IMG/VR virus record: IMGVR_UViG_3300029305_001653
Location: 48,223-112,222 of that record
Direction: 5' to 3' (one strand)
Length of the DNA: 64,000 nt
DNA from: a virus
Taxonomy: Duplodnaviria; Caudoviricetes
Positions within the stretch are counted from its first letter, which is position 1, and every line of letters starts with the position of its first letter. Under the pieces are notes generated by a model. That model worked only from the letters and a program-made list of their open reading frames with translations. It did no database searches and was not told the origin of the DNA. The translations under genes and the position numbers were made by a program. Below are positions 1-9,082 of this stretch, piece after piece.

Positions 1-55
1 CTGTAGATATATATGAATGAGTATAAGATACTAATCATCGAAAGGAGGAGTAAGA

Positions 56-442
56 ATGAAGATTAAAAATCTAACTCCTGTAGTACAACAAGTGAAGATA
101 GTAGAGATTATAGGAGGAAGAGAATTTACTATCTATATTGAAGGTAATGGATGCACTGAATTACAAGGATTCTATCTCTCAGATACAAATAAATTGAGAG
201 GTATCATTGAAGTAGTCGGAACATCTCCATTTACTCATAGTGAAGAATTCATCAGTGAAGATGACTTTTCTAGTGAAGAAGAATTAGATCTCAGTGAAGA
301 TTCTCCTGAGGAAGAGGAAGTAACTCCTGATGAAGATGATCCCTCTAGTGTAGATAAATTTATCTGTGAAATTTGTGGAGCAGAATTTGCATCTGCTAGA
401 GGATTAACTTCTCATAGAAGTAGATCTCATATAGAAGAATAA
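56..442 (+). CDS. Acidic hypothetical protein with C-terminal C2H2 zinc finger
   Basis: AGGAGG RBS; C-terminal FICEICGAEFASARGLTSHRSRSH matches the C2H2 pattern. Confidence 0.65.
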   Translation: MKIKNLTPVVQQVKIVEIIGGREFTIYIEGNGCTELQGFYLSDTNKLRGIIEVVGTSPFTHSEEFISEDDFSSEEELDLSEDSPEEEEVTPDEDDPSSVDKFICEICGAEFASARGLTSHRSRSHIEE

Positions 443-461
443 TACAAGGAGGGTTATTAAT

Positions 462-1955
462 ATGCAAATAGGAGCTTATCCAATAGAAAGAGATTACTCT
501 CACTATGTCGCATATGCTGCAAAGACAGTATTTGCTGTAGTAGGTACAGCTACTAAAGGTCCTATCGGAGTAGCGACAGTATGCACTAGTGCACAGGATC
601 TTGTGAATAAATTCGGTCCTTTACACTCTAAGTGCTATGGACTATATGCAGGACAGTATTTCTTAAGTCAGTCATCTAAATTATATTTCGTAAGAGCAGC
701 TTCTGAGAGTGCTACAGGATCTACTGTATCAATCTCTGGAGTAGATGCTGAAGGTAAAGAAGTGAGTGCCATCACTCTGAGCTTCATAGAGTCAGGTACT
801 TACTATGATGGATACACAGTAGTCGTAGGCAAAGGAATTCCTAAAGTCATCGAAGGTGAGTCTATTGACACATACAAGTTCGCTATTAAGTCTAAAGCAG
901 GTACTACACTAGAGACTATAGATAATATCCTGATAGAAGATATAGGTACTAAGTTCGTATCTAATTATGTCTCTGTAACATATATGAATCCTGCTGTAGT
1001 AGCTCTAACTGAAGATGTGTACACATTTACTGGAGGAGCAGATGGTATAGAAGATATCTCTGAAGCAGACTATATAAATGCTGCTCAAGTACTCGCTTCC
1101 GATACTATCGATATGAACTTATTCGCAGTACCTGGAGTTTCTGAAGCTCCTGTAGTAACTGCGATGTTAGCTTTAGCAGAATCTAGAGGAGACTGTCTCT
1201 ATTTAGTAGATCCTCCTGCAGGATTGACTAAGGAAGGAGTAGCTCAGTGGCATAATGGTGCAGGAGAGTATCAGCATACTGCATTTAATTCTAGTTATGG
1301 AGCTCTTTATTATGACTGGATTACTATCTATGATCCTATCAACAAGACAAGAGTGAATGTTCCTCCGAGTGTACTAGTAGCTGCAAGTTATGCTTATAGT
1401 GATCGTATTACTGAAGTGTGGTATGCACCTGCAGGTCTCAATAGAGGAATTATAAGAGGAGCATTAGATTCAGTAACTAAGTTAGGTAAGACAGACACAG
1501 AATACCTCTATACAGGAGACAATAGTATAAATGCTATTTATGATGATCCTCAGGTAGGACTCGTTATATGGGGTCAGAAGACTTTACTTAGAGCAGATAC
1601 TGCATTAAATAGAGTAAATGTACGTAGAATGATGAATTACTTGAAGAGAGTCATCACTGCTGCATGTAATTATCTAACATTCGAACCTAATGATAGAGTT
1701 ACATGGAATAGCTTCACTCTGAAAATATTACCTGTACTTAAGAATATCCAAGCAAAGAGAGGTATCTATGAGTTCAGAATTATCAAGGGTGAGACTATTG
1801 TCACAGAAGAAGATATCGATAACTACAAGATGCCTTGTATGGTAATGATTAGACCTACGAAGTCTGCGGAGGAAATTCCGATTTACTTCACGATCACTAG
1901 CACAGGTGCTGACTTCAATGAAGTACTTGAAGCTAATGGTATCATTACAGAATAA
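462..1955 (+). CDS. Contractile tail sheath protein
   Basis: VGTATKGP near the N-terminus; WYAPAGLNRG, WGQKTL, NRVNVRR and FEPND sheath motifs. Confidence 0.95.
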   Translation: MQIGAYPIERDYSHYVAYAAKTVFAVVGTATKGPIGVATVCTSAQDLVNKFGPLHSKCYGLYAGQYFLSQSSKLYFVRAASESATGSTVSISGVDAEGKEVSAITLSFIESGTYYDGYTVVVGKGIPKVIEGESIDTYKFAIKSKAGTTLETIDNILIEDIGTKFVSNYVSVTYMNPAVVALTEDVYTFTGGADGIEDISEADYINAAQVLASDTIDMNLFAVPGVSEAPVVTAMLALAESRGDCLYLVDPPAGLTKEGVAQWHNGAGEYQHTAFNSSYGALYYDWITIYDPINKTRVNVPPSVLVAASYAYSDRITEVWYAPAGLNRGIIRGALDSVTKLGKTDTEYLYTGDNSINAIYDDPQVGLVIWGQKTLLRADTALNRVNVRRMMNYLKRVITAACNYLTFEPNDRVTWNSFTLKILPVLKNIQAKRGIYEFRIIKGETIVTEEDIDNYKMPCMVMIRPTKSAEEIPIYFTITSTGADFNEVLEANGIITE

Positions 1956-1971
1956 TTGAAGGAGGGGTATT

Positions 1972-2517
1972 ATGCCGTCTAATATAGAATCTTTAGGAGC
2001 TTCTCATCTTGCGAGTGCAGGATTCGAAGTACAACGTACTAATAACTTTGAAATCCAGATTGATAATGTTTCTAAAGTAAGACCTTTAATTCTTGCTGTA
2101 GTATCTGGATTCTTACCTAATGAGTCGAATGAAGTTATCTCCTTGAACTATGGTAATACTACTATCACAGTAGCTGGTAAAGCTAACGCTAATGGTAGTG
2201 GTTCTCTCGTAGTAAGAGACTTTGTACAAGAAGATATAGAGCAAGTTATCGACGAATGGAGAAAGACTGTTTACGACAAAGATACAGATGCTATCGGATT
2301 CGCTGCGGATTACAAGAAGCCTGCATATGTTACTCAGTATGCTCCAGATGGATCTCTTCTACGTGTATGGACTCTTGAAGGTGTCTGGCCATCTGCAGTA
2401 GACTATGGTCAGGTAAGTTACGATAGTCCTGGAGTAAAGACTATCAATATCACACTTCAGTATGATAAAGCTACTATTAATAGAGACAATTATCAGACTG
2501 AGAAGGTTACTAGATAA
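1972..2517 (+). CDS. Tail tube protein (T4 gp19-like)
   Basis: Directly follows the sheath; ADYKK...WTLEGVWPS...ITLQYD pattern. Confidence 0.9.
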   Translation: MPSNIESLGASHLASAGFEVQRTNNFEIQIDNVSKVRPLILAVVSGFLPNESNEVISLNYGNTTITVAGKANANGSGSLVVRDFVQEDIEQVIDEWRKTVYDKDTDAIGFAADYKKPAYVTQYAPDGSLLRVWTLEGVWPSAVDYGQVSYDSPGVKTINITLQYDKATINRDNYQTEKVTR

Positions 2518-2572
2518 TCATACTTCCTCTATAATCTCATTCACTATGATGTGTATCGAGATATATAAATTG

Positions 2573-2606
2573 AAAGAAGCCTTAGGAGATCTCCTAAGGC
2601 TTCTTT
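2573..2606. terminator. Perfect 34-bp palindrome, likely intrinsic terminator after tail tube
   Basis: AAAGAAGCCTTAGGAGA|TCTCCTAAGGCTTCTTT. Confidence 0.75.
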
Positions 2607-2704
2607 AGTATTATACTAATATCAGATAATGAGGAGTATATTAGAGAAGACTTAATGTCTGAATTCCATCAGAAGATGTTGTTTAGATATCTCATCTATA
2701 GAGG

Positions 2705-3514
2705 GTGGAGATTGAAGGATATGAAAGAGAGGTATTATCAATGTCAACTAATTATAATTTTACTCAAGAAGTCACATTACCATCTCAAGGTTTGCTAAAT
2801 CCTGAGATACCTGGAGGTGTAGTAGTCCAGAGATGTATGATGGTAGCAGATCAGAAATATCTGTCAGGAGCTAGTCAAGCTGCGTCATCTTCTATACATC
2901 AGCTACTACAGCGTACCATAACTTCTCCTGAGAATATCGATGTATCAGCATTAACATTACCTGATACTCTATATCTATTATTCAAATTAAGAATTCTATC
3001 TTATGGTAGTGATTACAAGTTCCGTACTAGATGTCCTGAGTGTGGTAAAAAGATAGATATCACAGTTGATTTATCGGAATTGCCTGTAGAGATTCTAGAT
3101 GAAAATTATTTAGATGAGTTAAAAGTAAAATTACCTCACAGAGGAGATACAGTATATACTAAATTACCTACAAATGCTGATATCGAAGAGATAGATAGAG
3201 AGATCAAACGTAGAAAGAGAAGAAATGCTAATGACGAGTCTGAGTATATAGTACGTATCGTGAGATCTATCGAAAAGATCGAGCTCGCATCTCCGAACAA
3301 AGATGGGAAGAAAGAATTGACAAATCTCGTAGAGATTGAAAGATATGTAGGAGCTCTTACTAACTTAGATGCATCTGTCATACTATCTACTAGAGAGAAT
3401 ATAAGATTCGGAGTAGTTCCTAGTATTGAATATACTTGTCCTGAATGTAGACAATATATCGATGTAAATATACAGTTCTCTCCAGAATTTTTTCGTCCTG
3501 TCTTTAGCAGGTAA
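2705..3514 (+). CDS. Baseplate hub/tail assembly chaperone (T4 gp26-like); true start probably ATG 2741
   Basis: VTLPSQG, RILSYG, two CPEC zinc knuckles, C-terminal EFF; lies between tube and tape measure genes. Confidence 0.75.
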   Translation: MEIEGYEREVLSMSTNYNFTQEVTLPSQGLLNPEIPGGVVVQRCMMVADQKYLSGASQAASSSIHQLLQRTITSPENIDVSALTLPDTLYLLFKLRILSYGSDYKFRTRCPECGKKIDITVDLSELPVEILDENYLDELKVKLPHRGDTVYTKLPTNADIEEIDREIKRRKRRNANDESEYIVRIVRSIEKIELASPNKDGKKELTNLVEIERYVGALTNLDASVILSTRENIRFGVVPSIEYTCPECRQYIDVNIQFSPEFFRPVFSR

Positions 3515-3527
3515 TTTAGAGAATATC

Positions 3528-3719
3528 GTGGAATCTTCATTCTATCTGTCTTACTATGCAGGTATACAGCCTTCAGAAGTAGACAACTTATCTACTTATG
3601 AATTCCGTAAATATGTAGAGTTGCTTAACTCTCAGTTAAAATCAGATAGAGAGTATGATGAATCTCTAGCTCAGATGTATGGAGGAGCTAGAGGTAGAAA
3701 ACAAATGAATAATATATAA
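3528..3719 (+). CDS. Tail assembly chaperone partner (T4 gp51/GT-like), possibly reached by frameshift
   Basis: SEVDNLSTYEFRKYVELL pattern; frame is open upstream through a T6 run in the previous gene. Confidence 0.6.
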   Translation: MESSFYLSYYAGIQPSEVDNLSTYEFRKYVELLNSQLKSDREYDESLAQMYGGARGRKQMNNI

Positions 3720-3758
3720 AGGGAATTAAGATAATTCCACGTATTATAATAATGTAAG
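3720..3758 (+). promoter_or_regulatory. Class I phage promoter AGGGA-N13-CACGTATTATAATAATGTAAG
   Basis: One of six copies with identical spacing, all upstream of ORF starts. Confidence 0.8.
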
Positions 3759-3800
3759 GGTGAAAGAAACACCATAATAACTATTAAAGGAGAATGACTT

Positions 3801-4124
3801 ATGAAGAATAAAATATTCACTACTGGCGAGATACTGACTATCAAGACTAATCTTAGAGAAATTGAAAAGAATTTAGGAGGTCCTATCCCTGGAGGAGTAA
3901 TTGATGTAGATGATTTGAAAGATCATATATTACGTCCAGGAGAAGTAGTTACAGTATGTAGCAATTTGAGAGCTTTAAATAAGAGAGATTCTTCCTATAA
4001 AGGTAGTACTCCTTACGGAAGCAAGACTACACCAGGTAGTGCTATAAAAGCTATAATATTCTTACTAGCAGTATCTGGGATAATATTCATAATAGAGAAA
4101 ATATTAGGTCTGACTATATTATAA
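3801..4124 (+). CDS. Small accessory protein with C-terminal transmembrane helix
   Basis: Own promoter and AAGGAG RBS; hydrophobic AIIFLLAVSGIIFII; internal repeat GEILTIKTNLR / GEVVTVCSNLR. Confidence 0.7.
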   Translation: MKNKIFTTGEILTIKTNLREIEKNLGGPIPGGVIDVDDLKDHILRPGEVVTVCSNLRALNKRDSSYKGSTPYGSKTTPGSAIKAIIFLLAVSGIIFIIEKILGLTIL

Positions 4125-4150
4125 CGCATTAATCGAGGAGGTGATAGCTC

Positions 4151-7129
4151 TTGGCAGTATTAAAAACTGAATTAAATTGGAGTACTTATCAACAGAAGCA
4201 GTTATCTATACTACAAGACTTAGAGAAGTCTTTCGCTAGAAGCTTGAGGATAAGTGAACACTTAGCTACTACTATGAATAAAGTAGAGTACTCCATAAAA
4301 TCTATCGCTATTGCCTCTGAGAATTCTGCGAAGAATATTCAATCTATAACTCAGAAACTTCTTAAAAATTATGAGACTCTAGAGCAGACTACAGCCTCTT
4401 ATGAAGCTAAGATGAGAGAGGCAGGAAAGTCCCTAGGAGGATTCAGTGTTCGCATTAATTCAGCTGGGGAAAGTGCTGAGAGAAGTGGTAGACAGGTAGA
4501 ACAGGCAGGTGGAAGATTTGCATCTGTCCTTGATAGTACTAGCAATTTATTATCTAACTATTGGGATCATCTAGGAAGACTTGAAGGAGTAGGTAGGGAA
4601 ATAGATAAATTCTCTGACGCTAGTAATCAGATGATTAAGTTATCTGGTATGTCCGGAGATATAGTAAGAGAGTTCCGAGGAGAGATAATGAGCACAGTAG
4701 CAGAGCTGAACGTAGCTACAGGTTCAGCTTTCAGTCCTCAGGAATCCTACGGACAGATCATATCTATTTTCCAAGGAGTAACTAGTAATCTAGATGCTAT
4801 CGAAGAGATGGCGAAGCCTATGCTCCTCACTCAAGAAACACTAGACGTTAATATTAATACAGTAGCAGATATCTTTAATAAATTCTATACTAGATATAAT
4901 TTCTCCTCTATGCATATGGAAGATGCGTTAGACGAGATTAGAGGTAATACTGCAGGTAATTCAGCTAATGCTGAAGCTACGCTAGAGAATCTGAAGACTC
5001 TAGAACATTGGATTAACAATTATGCTGGAGACAATAATGAACTTAGAGAGGAACTGATAGAACGTACTTCACACTTTACTTCATGGTTAGAGAGTATGAA
5101 TATGGACTCAGGTCCTTTTGCTGCATATATGAAGAATGTAGCAGATAGTGTCTCTAATGTAAGCCAAGACGGGTTACAATTGATACTCAGTAGAGTAGGT
5201 ATAGGAGCTTTAGAAGCTCAGAACTTAGCTAGATCTGGAGAGTATGAATATCTAACATCTAATATAGTAGAAGGTATCTACGCAGTCATGTCAGATTTTG
5301 ACAGTAATAGAGATGGTAGATTCGGAGAAGGAGAAGCAGTTAATCTAAGTAAGATGCTAGAGAATTACGGTATAAGTATGGATCTAGCTATGGAAGTATG
5401 GAATCTGAAGAATTCTGATGGATGGACTTCATTAGAAGATTTCATAGAGAAAAATTCTGATAAATCTTCAGCAGAAGAGTTAGTAGCAGATAAATATGTA
5501 TCTATGGCTAATAAGACTAATCATTGGTTAGAGCAGATATACGCAGTAACTGCTAGTATCCAAGAACTTCTCCCATTCGGCTTCTCTGATATAGCATTAG
5601 CTATCGCTCTACTAGGAGGTACAGGATCAGGTGGAGGTCTCGGAGGTAGAGCTGTATCAGGTATGAGAAGTATAGGCATGCAGAGTATGTATAGAGGTAT
5701 TTTCTCTACTCCTAGAAGTCTAGGAGGAGTTACTCAAGGTCTATCTAGAGTAGCAGGTATCGGAGGAGGTATCGGAGGAGCTGCTATGCTCGGAGGAGGA
5801 GTAGTAGCAGGAGGAGCTCTAGCTTTCGACGGATTCTCTGACATGGTAGATACAGGAAATAGTACAGGTACTAGAGTATTAGGAGGACTTGAAGGAGGAC
5901 TCGGAGTAGCTGGTGCAGGTACTCTACTAGCTGCAGGTGTTACGAATCCTGTAGGATGGGCTCTACTAGCAGCAGGAGGATTAGCTGCATTAGGTAAGGT
6001 TGCTTACGAGAATGCTACAGCTCTTGGAGGAAATGCTCAAGCTGCAGTAGATGAATTAGCTAAGATAGAAAAAAGTCTACAAGAAGAGAATCAACAAAGA
6101 TTCACTGATATCCTAGATCTTTCTTATAATTTCAATAAAGAAACAGATATAGAAAAACAGAGACAATTACTCCTAGAAGCAGGCATAGCGGAAGAAGAAG
6201 AATTACGTAGCATGCAGAAAGATCAGATGAGTAATCTTATAAAAGAGTATCAATCTGCGGCTTCTGCTATGACTACTATCACAGATAATATTCTAGGAGA
6301 AGCTGAAAGATATACTACTGAGAAACATAAAGAACAGCAGAGTAAGTTTTTACAGATGGTAGAGCAGCAGGCAGATACTCCTGAAGAGAGACTACAGTTC
6401 CTCAATATGATCAAATCTTCGGTTACTGACGAAGATACTCGTAACAAGATAGATAAAGTAGTGGAGAGAGGATGGATCTCAGATGATCAATGGAATGATA
6501 TCCTCATGGGAGGACAGAACTGGCTTTGGGATAAGCATCATCTAGGGAATACTACTATCAATGCCACAGATATGAATAGAGCTGCTACATATTTAGGAGG
6601 AGAAGCTAATTACAGCAATTTCGACGAAATAGATGAAGCAACTGAATTATGGAATAAATATCAGGAAGCGATTATATATAAAAATAGAAAATCAGCTGAT
6701 GAGATATGGAAAGAGATATTAGATAAGGATTACGATGATGAAGTAGCAGAGATGTTCGGAGCAACTGGTCCTGAACATTTACATCTCCCTGCATATAGAC
6801 AAGGTACTAATTACATCACAAAAGATCATATAGCTCTTCTCCATGAAGGAGAGGCTGTAGTACCTAAGAAGTATAATCCTGCAGTAAATAGTAAAGAATT
6901 ACAATACTTAACTGAATATTTGACAAGAGAGCAAGAAAATACTCAGAGAGAGTATCAAGAGAGTAAAGAGTACTTAATATCCTTTATAGAAGAGATGAGA
7001 GAGATAAGGATGTTCTTATCTCTATGGAAAGAAGAGAATAATCTGAAAGAGAGATTATCGAGTGCACACTCAAAACATAATGATATAAATAAAGTACTCT
7101 TAAGACAGTATTTAAGTATGAATACTTGA
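4151..7129 (+). CDS. Tape measure protein
   Basis: Long helical protein with a Gly/Ala-rich hydrophobic centre and AYRQGTNYITKDHIALLHEGEAVVP motif; position after chaperones. Confidence 0.85.
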   Translation: MAVLKTELNWSTYQQKQLSILQDLEKSFARSLRISEHLATTMNKVEYSIKSIAIASENSAKNIQSITQKLLKNYETLEQTTASYEAKMREAGKSLGGFSVRINSAGESAERSGRQVEQAGGRFASVLDSTSNLLSNYWDHLGRLEGVGREIDKFSDASNQMIKLSGMSGDIVREFRGEIMSTVAELNVATGSAFSPQESYGQIISIFQGVTSNLDAIEEMAKPMLLTQETLDVNINTVADIFNKFYTRYNFSSMHMEDALDEIRGNTAGNSANAEATLENLKTLEHWINNYAGDNNELREELIERTSHFTSWLESMNMDSGPFAAYMKNVADSVSNVSQDGLQLILSRVGIGALEAQNLARSGEYEYLTSNIVEGIYAVMSDFDSNRDGRFGEGEAVNLSKMLENYGISMDLAMEVWNLKNSDGWTSLEDFIEKNSDKSSAEELVADKYVSMANKTNHWLEQIYAVTASIQELLPFGFSDIALAIALLGGTGSGGGLGGRAVSGMRSIGMQSMYRGIFSTPRSLGGVTQGLSRVAGIGGGIGGAAMLGGGVVAGGALAFDGFSDMVDTGNSTGTRVLGGLEGGLGVAGAGTLLAAGVTNPVGWALLAAGGLAALGKVAYENATALGGNAQAAVDELAKIEKSLQEENQQRFTDILDLSYNFNKETDIEKQRQLLLEAGIAEEEELRSMQKDQMSNLIKEYQSAASAMTTITDNILGEAERYTTEKHKEQQSKFLQMVEQQADTPEERLQFLNMIKSSVTDEDTRNKIDKVVERGWISDDQWNDILMGGQNWLWDKHHLGNTTINATDMNRAATYLGGEANYSNFDEIDEATELWNKYQEAIIYKNRKSADEIWKEILDKDYDDEVAEMFGATGPEHLHLPAYRQGTNYITKDHIALLHEGEAVVPKKYNPAVNSKELQYLTEYLTREQENTQREYQESKEYLISFIEEMREIRMFLSLWKEENNLKERLSSAHSKHNDINKVLLRQYLSMNT

Positions 7130-7150
7130 TAGAATTGAGGTGAGACTAAA

Positions 7151-8710
7151 TTGAGTGTTCAAGATCAAATCTATCGTTACGTAATTGATGAGTTAGGATT
7201 CAATCATGCTATAGCTTGTGGTATATTAGCTAATGCTCAAGCAGAGTCTGGATTTAGACCTAATGCTGTAGGAGATAGTGGAGATGCTTACGGACTATTC
7301 CAGTGGAACTCTAGAAGAGAGGAGCTATTCTCCTATGCAGGGACTAGAAGTCCTTCTGTAGCTCAACAATTAGAGTTCCTCGGATATGAACTTTACAATT
7401 CTGAGTATGTTGCTAGATCTCATATAGAGGATTTAGAAGATACTAGAGATGGAGCATACGAAGCAGGATATAATTTCTGCGTATATTATGAACGTCCATC
7501 TAATAAAGAAGAGAAAGGTGATATTAGAGGGAAAGCAGCTCAGACTCTATTTGATAGATATACACCTACATCCTCTCCTGTTAGCTCTAAAGGAAAGAGT
7601 ATCGTGTCTATAGCTCGCACAGTAGTTGAGAAGAAAATCCCTTATATCAAGGGAGAGTCTTTGTATGACAATGATCAGAGAGGTACAGATAGTCCTGGAC
7701 TAGTTTACTACGCTTACAGAGAAGCTGGAGTAGATATACAAGAGTATTCAGCTAGTGAGTATTACTACAAGTATAAAGATAGAGCTAGGAAAGTCACTAC
7801 TTCTGAATTAGCTCCTGGAGATTTACTATTCTATGATTACCACAATCAAATAATTGATGTAGCTATAGCTACAGGTGAGGGTACTCGTATCTACTCTAAA
7901 GAAGGAGTAGGTGTAATAGAAGAGACTAGTATAGGTAGTCCTATATATGTTTTGAGATTACTCTCTAGTGCTGAAACCTCTATAGGAAGAGATTCAGAGG
8001 CTACTCATACTCCAGGGTTCGAGTCTATATCTCCAGAGGAGTATATTGCACTCTCTTCTCTAGATTTTAATGCTGCTAAAGTAGCTAGTAGATTATCAGA
8101 ATTATCTACTACAGGATTTGATTATGGTTATCTCATAGATATTACTCATAATGAAGAGTTTAGATTTTATATACCTGAATTCTCTGAACAAGCAGGAGCT
8201 CAATGGAGTGATGTAGAGATAAGAGGGAGATCTGTCTCTGTGAAGTCTTATGAGTCTACTAACTCTAGAGTAGTGAGTCTATCTTTAGACCTATATGCAG
8301 GTGTAGGTCTTTACGCTCCTACCTCAGGAGAGAGCAAGGAAGAAACTTTAGATAGAATGTACAAGGATATAAATTTTGTGAAATCCTTAGAATATCCTGA
8401 CTACTCTAATCCTATCATCAAACCTCCTCCTACAGTACACTTAATACTAGGTCCTACTCTGAGTATAGTAGGCGTAATTAGTAATGTGAGTGTGGAGCAT
8501 CTCAAACCTTTTGATGAACAGAAGAGAGCTATGTATGTGAAATTGAATTTCACAGTTACACAGATAGCTGTTAATCCTCCAGATTATAGAGATATTAGAT
8601 CAGGTCCGACTTCTGCACTTAGTACTTCAAATACAGCTTCTCTTTATACTGCAGGTACTACGATAGAAGGAGACCCTACTAATGTACCTACTTACTCAGA
8701 AGGAGAGTGA
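7151..8710 (+). CDS. Tail-associated lysin: phage tail lysozyme + degenerate NlpC/P60 + tube-initiator-like domain
   Basis: GILANAQAESGF/YGLFQW/YERP lysozyme motifs; TDSPGLVYYAY/APGDLLFY NlpC-like; C-terminal baseplate-type domain. Confidence 0.8.
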   Translation: MSVQDQIYRYVIDELGFNHAIACGILANAQAESGFRPNAVGDSGDAYGLFQWNSRREELFSYAGTRSPSVAQQLEFLGYELYNSEYVARSHIEDLEDTRDGAYEAGYNFCVYYERPSNKEEKGDIRGKAAQTLFDRYTPTSSPVSSKGKSIVSIARTVVEKKIPYIKGESLYDNDQRGTDSPGLVYYAYREAGVDIQEYSASEYYYKYKDRARKVTTSELAPGDLLFYDYHNQIIDVAIATGEGTRIYSKEGVGVIEETSIGSPIYVLRLLSSAETSIGRDSEATHTPGFESISPEEYIALSSLDFNAAKVASRLSELSTTGFDYGYLIDITHNEEFRFYIPEFSEQAGAQWSDVEIRGRSVSVKSYESTNSRVVSLSLDLYAGVGLYAPTSGESKEETLDRMYKDINFVKSLEYPDYSNPIIKPPPTVHLILGPTLSIVGVISNVSVEHLKPFDEQKRAMYVKLNFTVTQIAVNPPDYRDIRSGPTSALSTSNTASLYTAGTTIEGDPTNVPTYSEGE

Positions 8711-8715
8711 AGTAA

Positions 8716-9066
8716 TTGAATACTAGAGAGTTCTATGAAGAGTCAAAGAATTCTTCGAAATCTTACTCAGATAGATACAAGAATTGTAAAATATTGAAAG
8801 ACATAGAGACGAAAGAAGTATTACTGTCTACGAGGGAGATAGTAGATATACCTAGTCATCCTAATGATTTATATCATAGAGTGAAATCTAATGAAGTATC
8901 TAGATTAGATTTACTAGCTCACAAGTATTATAGCAATCCTCTACTATGGTGGGTGATAGCTCAAGCTAATGATATCTATGACCCGATGACTATGTTACTA
9001 CCAGGTACTCTATTGAGGATACCTTCTCTAGAAGTACTGTATGGTAATAATGGAATACTTCTATAG
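8716..9066 (+). CDS. LysM-like baseplate wedge protein (gp53/gpX-like)
   Basis: RLDLLAHKYYSNPLLWWVIAQANDI...LPGTLLRIP. Confidence 0.85.
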   Translation: MNTREFYEESKNSSKSYSDRYKNCKILKDIETKEVLLSTREIVDIPSHPNDLYHRVKSNEVSRLDLLAHKYYSNPLLWWVIAQANDIYDPMTMLLPGTLLRIPSLEVLYGNNGILL

Positions 9067-9082
9067 GTCATAAGGAGGAACT

